Source: a virus
Length of the DNA: 64,000 bases
Virus record (IMG/VR): IMGVR_UViG_3300049043_000070
Span: 32,001-96,000 of that record
Reading direction: 5' to 3' (one strand)
The translations under genes were made by a program, and so were the position numbers. Positions 24,680 to 37,749 of this stretch are shown here, one piece after another (the stretch's first letter is position 1; every line of letters starts with the position of its first letter). The notes under the pieces are model-generated. The model saw only the letters and a program-made list of their open reading frames with translations. It was not told the DNA's origin and ran no database searches.

Positions 24680-27600
24680 ATGGCAGTCAAGACCAAAAGA
24701 ATTTCTACTCTTATTGAGTCACAACTTCCAGAGTTCATTTCAACAGAATATGAACTTTTTGGTAAGTTTGTTGAAAAGTATTATGAATCTCTAGAAGTTC
24801 AGGGTGGAGCACTTGATATCGTTAGTAATGTCCAAAAATACTTGGACATTGATTTTTATGAGAAGAATTTACTGAAGCAAAATGATATTTTAGCTTCAAG
24901 TATTTCTTCCACAGATACATCAATTTATCTGATTGATGCCAGTTCTTTTCCAGAGAAGAATGGATATGTAAGAATTGGCAGCGAGATTATCTTCTATGCT
25001 ACAAGAACAAACAATCAACTTCAAGGATGTTCCAGAGGTGTTAGTGGCAATACAACACTTGGAGATCTTTATGATCATTCAGATTTTCAAAGCACCGAAG
25101 CAGCATCTCATATTTCTGGTGAAATTGTTTATAATATCAGCAATCTTTTCCTGTATGCTTTTGTTAAAAACTTTGAATCGCAGTATCTAGGTTCTTTTCC
25201 GGAGAAGTATCTTAGGGGGAAGTTGATAAGAGAACTTTAATCAAAAATATTCAGAAGTTCTATAAAGCAAAGGGAACTGATAGTTCAATCAAGTTTATCT
25301 TTAATACGATCGTATCAAGAGATACTAATAACAAACCAGATGTATACAAACCAAGAGACTTTACTTACAAAGCATCTGAAGCAGATTGGATTAACATTTA
25401 TGCGCTAAAAGTAAAAGTTGTTTCTGGAAATCCAAAAACTCTCATTGGAAAGCAGATTGTACAACTTCCAACTGACGAATATGGTTATGCCTCTGCTGTA
25501 GTTGATAATGTTTTTGCCGATGGTACTTTTGATGATGAGCAAATTTGGAATATTGTTCTTGCTCCTGAAACTGTAAATGGTTCCTTCTCTGTTTCTACAA
25601 AAACCCGTTTAGAAAAAGATCTATTATCATCCAGTGGTTTAGGCAAAAGAATTGATGTATTTTCAACGATTGGATGGGATCTAACCGGCGAAGTATTAAT
25701 CAATGACGAGAAAATTTCGTTTGATGATAAAAATATCACACAATTCATCATTAGAGCAAGAGGACAAAATCCTGTATTACATCTAGCTGGTTCAACCGTT
25801 TATAAACCAGTTATCATAGAAGGTTCTGGTGTATCTTTATTAACGCTTGGTGTTGCTTATAACTTATCTCCGCAAGATGCTCATCCGTATGCTTCTGTTG
25901 GGGATCAGATACAGATTTCAGAACCAGGATTTCAAACTTCTGATCCAAAAATTGTAATCACCGGAACAAACCAGACAAGATGGATTGTTGGTGACGGAAA
26001 TCCAGTATTTACACCAACAAACACTTCAGTGTCTACTTCTCTAAATGAAGTATCTACTAATGTTTCTGCTATTTTTGAGGACGACCAATACTATTATATC
26101 ACGAGCTCCAGTTATCCATCATACAAAATTTTAGATGGTTCTACTGTAACTCGAAGAAGTAAAGGATCAAAAAATACTTCGTATTATAAGAAAAGAAGCA
26201 ACAAAGACGACAGAGGTTTACAAAACACCAAAGAGATGTTGGTATTCTATTAAATGGTGTCCCAATCTATGGATTTCGTGATGAAGAAAGTATTCGTTTT
26301 GGATTGCTTGAGAGCATTGCTGTAGATAGTCAAGGAACTGGTTATGTAAATCCTCCATTTGTTCTTTTAGATGATGTTCCAAATCAAGCAAGAGCAATCT
26401 TATCTGGGCAAGTAGTTGAAAGAATTATTGTTGATACAACTACAGTGTTTCCGAGAACTCCATGAAGTTACAATTACTTCAGGACGAGGAGCTGTTGTTC
26501 GTGCTGTAGTTACCAGAGGAAAAGTAACCAGTTTAATCATTGATAATCCAGGTGAATACTATTCATCCCCACCAATTGTCAGAATTAGAGATAACGCTGG
26601 AAGAGGAAGATTTGCTGATTATACCGCTATAGTAGATACGGATGGCAAGATAACAGGATTTGTGAAAAATGATGAAGGCAATTTTTACAATCAAGATACA
26701 GTAATTGTAGACATTATTCCAATTGGTCAAGGTGCGATTGGTGTTCCTTATCTAAAAGAGTGGAACAAGAATAGATTTAAAAAACTCTCAAACGTGCTAG
26801 ACACTGAATATGGTTACCTATTTGAAAACTATAATCAAGTATTAAAGTATGGATATGGTCATGTTGGTAATCCAAAAGCACTGAGAGTACTTCTTAATGA
26901 TAATTTAAATGGAGCTGGTACTGAACCAACAACAAAAGTACATTCTCCAATTATTGGATTTGCTCATGATGGAAATCCAATCTATGGTCCATTTGGCTAT
27001 CAGGATCCTTTAAATCCACAGTCATCTATTATTAGAATGACAACGAGTTATTCATTGAATAACAATAGACCAAAAGGACCATCAACTGTAACCTATCCAC
27101 TGGGAACTTTCACCAACGATTACCGATATGTTCATAAGAGTGGAACGCTTGATCAAAATAATGGAAGATTTTGTATAACTCCAGATTATCCAAATGGAAC
27201 ATACGCTTATTTCCTGACAATTGATGCCAATCAAGTACCACAGTTTCCATATTTTATTGGTGAGAATTTTTATTCATTGCCGGTTGATAGTAACTATAAC
27301 TCTGACATCAATCAGAATGATATTCCAAAGAAATCCAGAAGATTATTTTCTTCCGGAATGCCAAGAAATGGCGAAGGTGTAATTGCTCAGATTGCTGAGG
27401 TAAAGCCAGGAGTGGTTGATAGTGTTTCCATTGAAAATTCTTCTGATAACTTTTCTGTAAATTCAAAACTCTATTTTGATAATTCTAGAACAGAAGGTCA
27501 AGATGCCGAAGCAATCGTTTCTTCGGTAAATGGCAAAACAGTAAATTACCTACAGAGCAAAGAAACAAAGGTTGTACAACTAACTACAATTCAGAGTGCT

Positions 27601-30600
27601 TATTTGTTTGCTAATGATACATTAAGACAACCTGCTACCGGTTCTTATGGTGAAATTGTTGGTACTGTTTCCAATGACAATACTATTGTGTTAAAAAATG
27701 TTTCTGGTACTTTCAATACAACTGGAACATTTTCGGCAGACATTAAAACATTTTCAATCTTAATTGATCAGGATAGCAATTATACAAAAGGTGCGATTTT
27801 ATCTTTAACTGATGGTATTAATCCTCCAATTGCTACAGGTGAAGTTTTAGAAGGAACATCAAGACAGAATGTTGTAAAAATTAAAGTTTTAACTGGTACG
27901 TGGGCAGTTAATGACGATTATTTTATTCAATCAAACGATTTATTCAATACTTCTGGATCTAGAATTATTCGTCTTACATCGTTAAGCGATAATCTAGAAC
28001 CGTTTGTTGTAAATCAAAATGTTGCGTTGGTTGAAACTATTCAACCACATGGTTTAGGAATTGGTGATGAAGTTAGTATTGATATTCTTCCAAATGACGC
28101 AATAAAAACAAAAACCTATTACGTAAGAAAAAGACTTTATCAAAAAGTAAAGTTTTCATCTCCAGAGTACATATCAAATATCAATTACACTGGTGTAGGG
28201 AGATTTGAAATTCTAAATGGCGGAGCAGATTATACTCCAGGAACTTATAACAATATTTCACTCACTGGCGGATCTGGAACAGGAGCTACTGCTAGCATCA
28301 TTGTATCTGCTGCTGGAATTGTTTCCTCTGTTGTAATTCAGAATGGCGGATCTGGATACAAAAAAGCGGATTATCTAAGTGTAGATGATGAAGATCTAGT
28401 GAGGTCATTAGCATCTCTTGGAAATGCCAGATTAACAATTTATGTTGATCATGTCGGATTTGCTGCTGGATCTACGGCACTGTTTGTTGATAGTTCTATA
28501 GGTGCTTCTAACGGCAATCTACTTAAAATTGGCAACGAAATTGTACAGGTGTCATCAATTTCTGGCAACAGAATTAATGTAATTAGAGCAAGAGAAGGTA
28601 CACAAAATACAGACCATTATGATGGTCAAGAAGTTTCTCTATACAAACCAAGATACAACTTTGCCAACAATTATCAGATATCTTCTTCTAGTTTCTCTGG
28701 ATTTATTAAGTCATACGATCCAAATACACAAGAAGCTGATAATTGTTTTTTCTTATTCTACTGAAAAAGCAAATGCTGAAGATGTAAAGATTAGTACTAG
28801 TTTCTTTGATACCAGCACTCCCACTAAAATTGGTTTCTGTAGAAACTGCCGAAACTGTTGATTATAAATTTGAATTCTCTACAGATAACGTAAACTTTAC
28901 TCCAAATCCAAATATTGATATTCAGGAATACTATAGATACAAATTTGACACATCGCATTCTTCTTTAACTGGAACTTACTTTGATTTAAGTCCAAGTAAA
29001 AATTACAATATTGTAACAGAAGAAAAAACAACATCAACTATTTTACCTGGAAATTCTGGATCATTTACTGATGTTAAATTTGGATTTGGTCCAAGATTAT
29101 CTGTAAATACATACACGCAAAAACAACAAACACAGTTTGCTAATTTTTACTACTTTGATAAGAATGGCGTTGTAAATTCAGATGAAAAATATCTTAAAAT
29201 TATTTCCGATCCTTTACAAGGAACCAAAACGATTACTTATGTAACTTCAACTCGTTTTGTATATCAATTAAGTTCTGTTCCTTTGTGGGATGGATCTGGA
29301 TCTATAACTTATACAACAACTGGCCAATTTGCTATTGGTTCAATAAACTCGTTTGATGTCATAAATTCTGGTCTAAATTATAAGAAGTCACCAATTGTTG
29401 TTGGATGTGACCCATCTGCTCCTTTTAAGGCACAAGCAACTGTATTGTTTGATCAAATAACAAAAACAATAACAGATGTCAGAATAGATAACGAAGGATC
29501 AAATTATCACAACCCAAAGATTGTCATCACAAATGGAGATGGAATTAATGCTGAATTTAAAATTATTGTTAGGCAGGGAAGAATTTTTTCAATAACCGTA
29601 GAAAATCCGGGAAAAAACTATACGTTTGCTCCAGAAATTGAGATTGTTGAAGGAGATGTGGAAGCATACGTCAATAGCAATTCTATTGGTGTTCCTCAGA
29701 GTATTTCTATACTTAAGAACGGTGGATCATTCCATCTTGATAAAACAGTATCTTCTGACTTTACTTCAAAATATGTTTTTTCGCTTGTTAATTTTTCTGG
29801 TCAGTTTCAGAAAGGCGAGATTGTAATTCAAACAATTTCTGGTGTAGAAGTTGCTAGAGGCACAGTATCGGAATGGAGAGAAGGATCCAATCTACTGAAA
29901 GTAGAAAATATAACAGGAATTTTTAGAAAAGATTATACCGTAACATCAATTGATGGCAATTCAACTGGCACAATCAAATCCGTGTTTGTAACAGGATTAT
30001 TGCCAGATATTACAAGTTTTTATAATAACTTAGGATATTATAAATCTGATAAGGGAAAACTTGGTGTTTCTAATCAAAAGATTACAGATAGTAATTTCTA
30101 TCAGGATTATTCTTACGTTATCAAATCAAAAACTCCTATTGAACAGTGGAGAGAGTTGATTAAATCAACAACTCACCCAGCTGGATTTAAATTATTTGGT
30201 CAAGTTGATGTTGAAACAAATAGTTCAACATCAATGCCCCAACAAACGGCAAAGAATGGACATTTTTCAATTATTCAATTATGGGATCCAGAAAAAAATG
30301 TCGTCACGATTGAAAATACAAGAAGAATTGTAACACAAACTATACAAAAGTAGAGAACCAAAGAATACGTAGAGGTTTTGGTTCGGCATCTCCATCAGAG
30401 TTTAATTTTAGTGAATATCGTGCGTTTACTGTATCTCTTGCTCAACCATTTAATGGATATTATGATAGTGACGGTAGATTACAGGGAAGAACAGTATTCC
30501 AAATAAGAAATGATGCTGGAGTACCATTCACTCCGATCAGCGCCAAGAGTTTGATTATTACCTTAGATGGAATTCTCCAAGAACCAGAAGTAGCATATAC

Positions 30601-33600
30601 AGTACAAGGAGATACAATCGTATTTTCAAACCCACCACTTGGTCCAGGAACAGAAAGAACTGGTAATGATTTAAATGATCTTACTTCTTATAGAGGAGTG
30701 ACTTTCTATGGTAAATATTTTGCTTTTAAAAATAATCAATACAATACAAGATATCTAAGAAAAATTAGAAATATCTATCAAAGAAGTGGTAGGTGGTTAG
30801 ATGCTGCTAATCAGATCGAAAGAAATAGAACTTTCATTATTGAAGAGGCAATTGGATACGGAAAAGCAAAATACTCATCACTTGATTGGAGTTCTAAAAT
30901 TGATGATTATCAAGAAGACATTGGTTGTGTCTTAGATGCTTATCAGCATGACATAAGATTTGGTGGAAACATAAAAACCGTTGATTATGTTAATATTTTT
31001 AGAACCAATACTGAATATGATTATATCACTAAGAACAAGGCAAGCTCTTTAGATATCTTTAGATATGCTACTAATTTAGCAACTCTTGCGATAAGAAATT
31101 GGGATATCGTTGAAAGCAATGTTGTTTATAACTTAGGATCAGCAACAATTACAATTTCTGATACAAATAGAGTTGCCATTGGAATGTATGTCAGTTGTGG
31201 TAGGGCATTCCCAGCAAACACCAGAATAACCGCAATTACTAGCGCAACACAAATAACAGTATCAAATACCGCATTAGCATCTTCGGTATCTGATCAGATT
31301 ACATTCTATTTCAGTGGTATCAATAATGGAACGTTCTATGATGCTTCTAATTTAATTCAATCAAACAAAGCATATCTACAGGATGAAATTGGCGAATACA
31401 TTTATGATAATTATACTTTACCACCAACAGATAAGCAAAAGTGTAAAAGAGATCTCGGATATCTCATTGATGCTATCACTTATCACTTAAAGTTTGGTGG
31501 AAATAGAAAAGTTGTAGAATTTGCTAGATCTTATTATACAAATGCTGGATATCCATACGGAGAAGAATTAACTTACATTAACAGAACACCAGAAGAGACA
31601 GCAGCTGCTATTGATGCTTGGGAAAATCTTGGATCATTAATGATTGCTGCTATGAGAAATCAGTTAACTGCTGGTGCTTATACAACAATCTCTCCTGTAA
31701 TTGATAGCACCGTTCTCACCGATCCGATTTCTCCTATTTGTCAAGAGGTTGCTTCTAGTATCAATACAATGATTAACATTGTTAAAGAAATTATCGCAGA
31801 TGGCGCTGGAAGTGTAGAAATTACAGAAGTAAATCAAAACAAAACAGGATATTGGTCAAACACAGAAACATATTCAAACTACAATCTAATTGATGATCCA
31901 TTACTTCTTTCACAGGAATGTAATGATGTTTCCTCTTCACTCAATTCACTTTATCTGAATGTAAAAGATATTTTAGATAAAAAATCTGTAACAAGATCAC
32001 TTCCAGATTATGTTGATGGAGAAAATAGAGTATTTGATCTTTATTGGGAAAATGGCGATGAAGTCATCACAGATGAGGATGAAGATCTTTTCTTAACAAT
32101 TAATGCTGTTCTACAGAGACCAAAATATACCGAAGATTATCCAAGATTTGATTCTTATTACATCAAAAGAGATGTAATACCAAACCAATTGGTATTTGAT
32201 GTAGCTCCAATCTGGGATCAAGATTTTAGTGCCAAGAGTATCGGGGAACCAACTGCCGTTGAAAAAGTTGTAGGTATTGGTGTTGGTAATTACAAGAGAT
32301 TAACCATTGATTATAATTTGGTTAATGGTACTAGATCTGGTCCATTCTTAATATTAGATGTTGAGGATTTAACCGTACAAAATATAGAAGAACCAGACTT
32401 TTTATATGTCTTCCTAGATGGAGTGTTACAAAGAGAAGGATATTCATATACGATTTCTGGTCCAAATATTTTCTTCAATGTTCCGATTTTAGAAGAAATG
32501 AAGATTGATATGAGATATTTGTACGGAAGAGATGTCGGACAAGTACTTAACATTTATGATTTTAATCCTGATACTTATTACGCAAAATCAAGAGTTTCTA
32601 TACAAGTTACTGGTGGATTGTCTCAATTTATTAACTATGGGTGGATGGGTGATAAGATTGGTTCTTCAATTCACGCATATCAAGTAAATGGAAATAATAC
32701 TTACAATGTGATTGGAGAAATTTCAAATGTTTACGTAAACGGGAATACGATTGAATTTGATGTATTTGGAAACAAATATCAAATTGACAATACCAAAAAT
32801 ATAATTTTTTCTGTAAAAGGTTTTTACGATCTTAATACTTCTATTTCTATTTCAAACTCCACTGTTGTATTTGAAAAAGATGAAGATAACAGATTATTAC
32901 TTTCAGATTTAAATCAAATTTGGTCTGGCACAATTTTAGGAAAAACTTATAAGAAACCATTTGTTTTCCTATCAAACAATGATTTAATCCGAATTGATGG
33001 CGAAGAAAGTTTTAGAAAAATTAAAAAACTGCCAGGAGTAGCAGTCAGCAAAGAGAATAGAAGTAATCAACAAGTTTCTAATTCTCTTTATGGAACCGTT
33101 GATGTCGAGACTTACAATGGAGTTACTCGTGGAGAAGGTCTTAGTGTTGTAGCAAAAATAGAAAATGGTAAAGTCATCGGTCTTGAATGGAACCAGAGAA
33201 GTTATGATCCCCTAACTCAACCAACAGCATATCAATACTACATTCCTCCTGTATTAAACTTTATCTCTACAGATGGGAATGGTGGTGGAGCTAGGGCTAA
33301 TGTTTTAGTAAGCAAAGGTCAAGTCATTAGCGTTGATTTGATTGATGGTGGATCTGGATATACAAAAGCACCAAAAGTTGTTGTTTCAAGAGGATATGAT
33401 ATTCTTTCTGAAAGAGATATCGGTGTATCTTTAATCAACGTTGGTGTTAATTCTTTTGTAGATCTTGAGAGTTTAACTATTGTATCCATTGTTGATGTTC
33501 TTGGAAATCAAATTTCTGGTGTCAATTCTTTCACATCTATTTTCTTTGATAGTCCTGTATCTTCTGATAGAGTTATTACATCTATTATTCAATTAGTAAG

Positions 33601-35809
33601 AAATACTGGTGATAATCTAAGTAGAGAGCATATTGAATTCTTAGATACTATAGCGCCAGAGTTAGACGAGGTAAAAGTTGTAACAATATCTGAAGAACCA
33701 ACGATAATAATTGCTCAAATTCAAGATATTATCTCTAATACTACGATTTCAACAAGCCAACAAATTACAACAACAGTTGAAAATCTAATTCCCAATGATG
33801 CTCTTTCTAATGTTAATTACTATGCTACTGGTGCTTATCTTGATGTTGATCTTGGTGCATCAGACAATATTGTATACGTTGCTGATACAAGTAAATTCAA
33901 GACAAATGGTTATCTATTAATTGGTGATGAGATTGTTAGATATTACAGAAAGTTAAGTGATCGTTTCCTCAAAGTACAAAGAGGACAATCAAACACGATT
34001 GCTAAATCTTGGACAGCAGGAACTTTCTTGCGTCAAATTCCAGATCCAATATCTACTGTATTTGGCGGCGTATCTGTAGTTGAATCACAATCACAAGTTG
34101 TAACAGTTAAGGGCGGAACATCAGCAATAGAGGGAATTGAAGAAAGAAAAACACAATTCCAAATTATTTCTCCATCAACATCTGTTACAACTACTTCCAT
34201 TTGTATAGTAGCTGAATTACAACCAGAAATTTCAGTTCAATCTATATCCTCTATTTTTGTTGATGGTGGAAATAGAATTATTGAAGCAGGATCAACCAAT
34301 ATTATATCTGGTTTTGATCTGAGATATTTGGCGGTAGAACTAAGAGGAGAAATAAAAAAAGAAGAAATTAAATTATCAGAATTCTTAATTTCAGAAAAAC
34401 TTGTAAATATTTCAGTTTCTCCATTTGTTTATTATAATTCTGTAGTAACAACTACATCAAGATGTCAATCTGAGATAGCAACACAAGCATTTAGTATTCT
34501 AAATTCTATCGCAGATACTGAGCTCAATATATCAGTTAAAATACAAAGTGTTACAAGTGAAGTATCACAAATTTATATCAATCAAACAGAAGTATTAATC
34601 ATTCCTCCACCAACAGGAATTGTTGATGGTTATACAGAAAGTTCCTTACTAAGTGATCCAATTTTCACAAGAATAAATGGTTTTATAAACCTAGATGATA
34701 TAAATGGACAATATTTTGTTGGCAGAAGATCATTACCGGATATTTTAATAAGAAATGCTATATTTGGTGGCTTAACAGAATATATTGGAACATATGAAAA
34801 AACCAATGCTGGGCATAGAATTTCGCATTTTTCTGGAATATTTGATGATGGATCTGCTAGAGTTTCTGGGACAACAATACAAGAAATTGATACATATTAT
34901 CCATCTTTAACATTACAAGATTTTACAGATAGAGCAAATTCAAGCTATACTCTCTCTGGAGATTATTTTAATCTTCTTCCTCCATCAATTCAAAATCCAG
35001 TTGCTACTTCTCAATTTACAGGAACAATTCAATCTACAATAGATGTTCCAAATACTTCTTATTTCCCATCTAGTGGTTATTTGACGACTGGAAATGGTGG
35101 TGTTATTCAGTATACTGGCAAAACTTCCACATCATTTACTGGTTGTTCATCTGTTAGAGGTTCTAATTTCTTAGTTGGAAAATCTGTTAAATTTGATGGA
35201 AATGGTGATTATTTACAAATATCCTCAGCATCTGATTTTGATTTTGGTAATGGAGATTATGGCATAGAATGTTTTGTTAATCTAACAAGTGTAACTGGAT
35301 ATTCAATGATATTTGCCTTAACTGGTATTAATTGGTATTGGGGAATTCGCAATAATTCTGGTAATTTATACTTAACTTCGTTTGACGGATCTTCAGTTTT
35401 AGAACAAACTTCTGGAACAAGGATTCAATTATCTACTTTAAATCATATTGCTTGGACAAGATCTGGAACAACATTTAGAGCTTTCCTAAATGGTTTTCAA
35501 GTCTTCACTGGAACTTCTTCTCAAACTGCCGATGCTACCGGATGTACTGTTGGTTACGCTACGAATTATCTCAATCAATATCAATTGAATGGATATATGT
35601 CAAGTTTACGAGTTGTTAAAGGTTCTCCAGTTTATACTCAAAACTTTGATATTCCAAGCAAATTGTCATCTATTTCTGGAACTGTTTTATTGACGTGTCA
35701 AGGAAATACAATTGTTGATAATAGTCCATCTCCAAAATCAATAACTGTAAATGGAAACACATCTGTTTCTGACACGGGAACAGAAATAGTACCATTTCAA
35801 TTGACATAA
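24680..35809 (+). CDS. gp7: giant baseplate wedge initiator gp7-like protein (about 3,700 aa, joined across indels); internal YHYH-like domain and C-terminal LamG/ConA-like domain
   Basis: N-terminus ISTLIESQLPEFI...F..FVEKYYESLE; LIKNIQKFYKAKGT; DSNFYQDYSYVIKS...HPAGFKLFG; lies between gp6 and gp8. Confidence 0.8.
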
Positions 35810-35830
35810 ATAACGGTATAAATATAAATA
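35806..35830 (+). promoter_or_regulatory. tandem T4-type late promoters upstream of gp8
   Basis: ATAAATA at 35806; TATAAATA at 35817 and 35823. Confidence 0.75.
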
Positions 35831-35864
35831 ACTTTGGCACAAATCACGTCGGAACGGAAAACCA

Positions 35865-37691
35865 ATGGCTGCTATTATTTCTGATAAGTTTAGAATTTTT
35901 AATGCGAAGCAATTTTTAGAATCGCTAACTGAAGGTGCTACGGATACTGGTTCCGAGCGTACTAGAATGTACTTCTTTGTTGGTCGCCCACAACCATGGA
36001 GGGCATACCTAGAGATTTATTCTAAGGGAACTGTAAATTTTACAGTTGGTCATAAAATTTTTGTTGGTACAACTGCTGGTCAATATGCTGCTTCTGCGTT
36101 TAAAGCAACAATCGCAGCCGTTTATGATTCTGCTATCTTGTTAACCGACGTGTTTGGAACAAGCGGAGTTAATTCGGTTCCTGCTGTTGGAAGCACAATT
36201 ACCGCCACTGCTGATAATGGATCAACAATTGTCACCAACGCAACAGCAAAGACTGGTGTGTATCGTTACGCTACGGAAGATGTGCCGCCACTTCCTTTAG
36301 ACAACCAGGCAGAGAAAATTGCCGTTTATGATGAGATTATTGCTGCGAAGCGTATCACGGATGCTTTCGCAAGAGCAGTAGTTCGCCGTTATAACTGGGA
36401 TTTGGTTGCCAATCCTAAGTTTGACATGTGGAAACCAGACTATTCCGCCACTCCTGGAGGAGGCGGACAGATTGGAAAAACAACCGCAACTGGTGCGACA
36501 TCAATTGCAGATGCAAAATTTTATGTAATGAATTCCGCATATGAAGTATTTAAATGTCTCTATAACGGAGAAAATCCAGCAAACGCTAGCGGACAAAATG
36601 CAACCGAAGAACCAATTACTACTGGTGCTAACTATACCGCAGGAACTGGTATTTACAAAGAAACAACTGGTGCTGGATACATCTGGAAGTATATGTATAC
36701 AATGCCTACCGATGATGTTCTAAGATTTCTTTCATCGGACTTTATGCCAATTGTTCTTCCATCAAACTCTTCACGTCAAGCAGTGGTAGCAGCAGCAGTT
36801 GACGGAGCAATTGATGTTGTAACTATTGAAGATGCAGGATCCGGTCTTCCTGCTTCACAAACCCTCTACACATCAATTAAAGGTGATGGAACAGGTGGTA
36901 TCGTTAAGTTTGTAACAAATGGAAGCGGTGCTATTACCTCAGCAGAAATTCAAGCAAGAGGATCTGGATACACCTATGCCAATGTTCTTCTTGGAAATGG
37001 TAACTTATTCAGCAATGTTGGATTGTCAACTGGTGTTGCCACGGCAAGCGGATGGAAAGGTGCTATTGAGGCAATTCTTCCTCCTCTTGGTGGTCATGGT
37101 AGCGATCATGAGGAAGAACTCAATGCTAAGAGAGTTATGACAAACATCCGTCTAACTTATGCTGAAGGTTCTGGTGACTTCCCAGTTGACAACGATTTCC
37201 GTAGAATTGGTATTCTTAAGGATCCACAAAACTTTGGAACAACAACTTTCTCTACAGCAGATACTCTCTCCGGTCTAAGAGCAGTTAAGATCACTGGAGC
37301 TGACTGCCGATTTTATCACAGACGAAAGAATTCAACAAACAGTAACAGGTGGTACTGCTTACGGTACTGTCGTTCTTGGACCCTTGATTCTGGTTCAACA
37401 ACTGCTGGTGTTCTTAAGTACATTCAAACCAATGATGCTCACACTGATTCTGGTATTGTAAGAGCGTTTGAAAGCAATGGCGCTAACGCAATTACTGGTC
37501 AGTTGTCTAGTGCTTCTGGAACTGTAAATACTTCATACAATTCTTCTATCCTTGGTTCCACATTCACCAATGGATTGGCAAATCCAGAAGTTAAGAATAA
37601 TTCGGGTGAAGTAATTTATATTGAGAACCGCCGTCTCATCACTCGCGCACCTGACCAAATTGAAGACATCAAACTCGTAATTGAGTTCTGA
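35865..37691 (+). CDS. gp8: baseplate wedge subunit gp8 (indel near 37310)
   Basis: MAAIISDKFRIFNAKQFLESL; YVMNS.YEVFKCLYNG; GYIWKYMY; NDFRRIGIL.DP; IYIENR..ITRA.DQIEDIKLVIEF. Confidence 0.92.
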   Translation: MAAIISDKFRIFNAKQFLESLTEGATDTGSERTRMYFFVGRPQPWRAYLEIYSKGTVNFTVGHKIFVGTTAGQYAASAFKATIAAVYDSAILLTDVFGTSGVNSVPAVGSTITATADNGSTIVTNATAKTGVYRYATEDVPPLPLDNQAEKIAVYDEIIAAKRITDAFARAVVRRYNWDLVANPKFDMWKPDYSATPGGGGQIGKTTATGATSIADAKFYVMNSAYEVFKCLYNGENPANASGQNATEEPITTGANYTAGTGIYKETTGAGYIWKYMYTMPTDDVLRFLSSDFMPIVLPSNSSRQAVVAAAVDGAIDVVTIEDAGSGLPASQTLYTSIKGDGTGGIVKFVTNGSGAITSAEIQARGSGYTYANVLLGNGNLFSNVGLSTGVATASGWKGAIEAILPPLGGHGSDHEEELNAKRVMTNIRLTYAEGSGDFPVDNDFRRIGILKDPQNFGTTTFSTADTLSGLRAVKITGADCRFYHRRKNSTNSNRWYCLRYCRSWTLDSGSTTAGVLKYIQTNDAHTDSGIVRAFESNGANAITGQLSSASGTVNTSYNSSILGSTFTNGLANPEVKNNSGEVIYIENRRLITRAPDQIEDIKLVIEF

Positions 37692-37749
37692 TCTTTCAAA
37701 ACTTCGCTAAATACTTCAACGAGAATGCTAGTATTATTGGCGAGGTACA

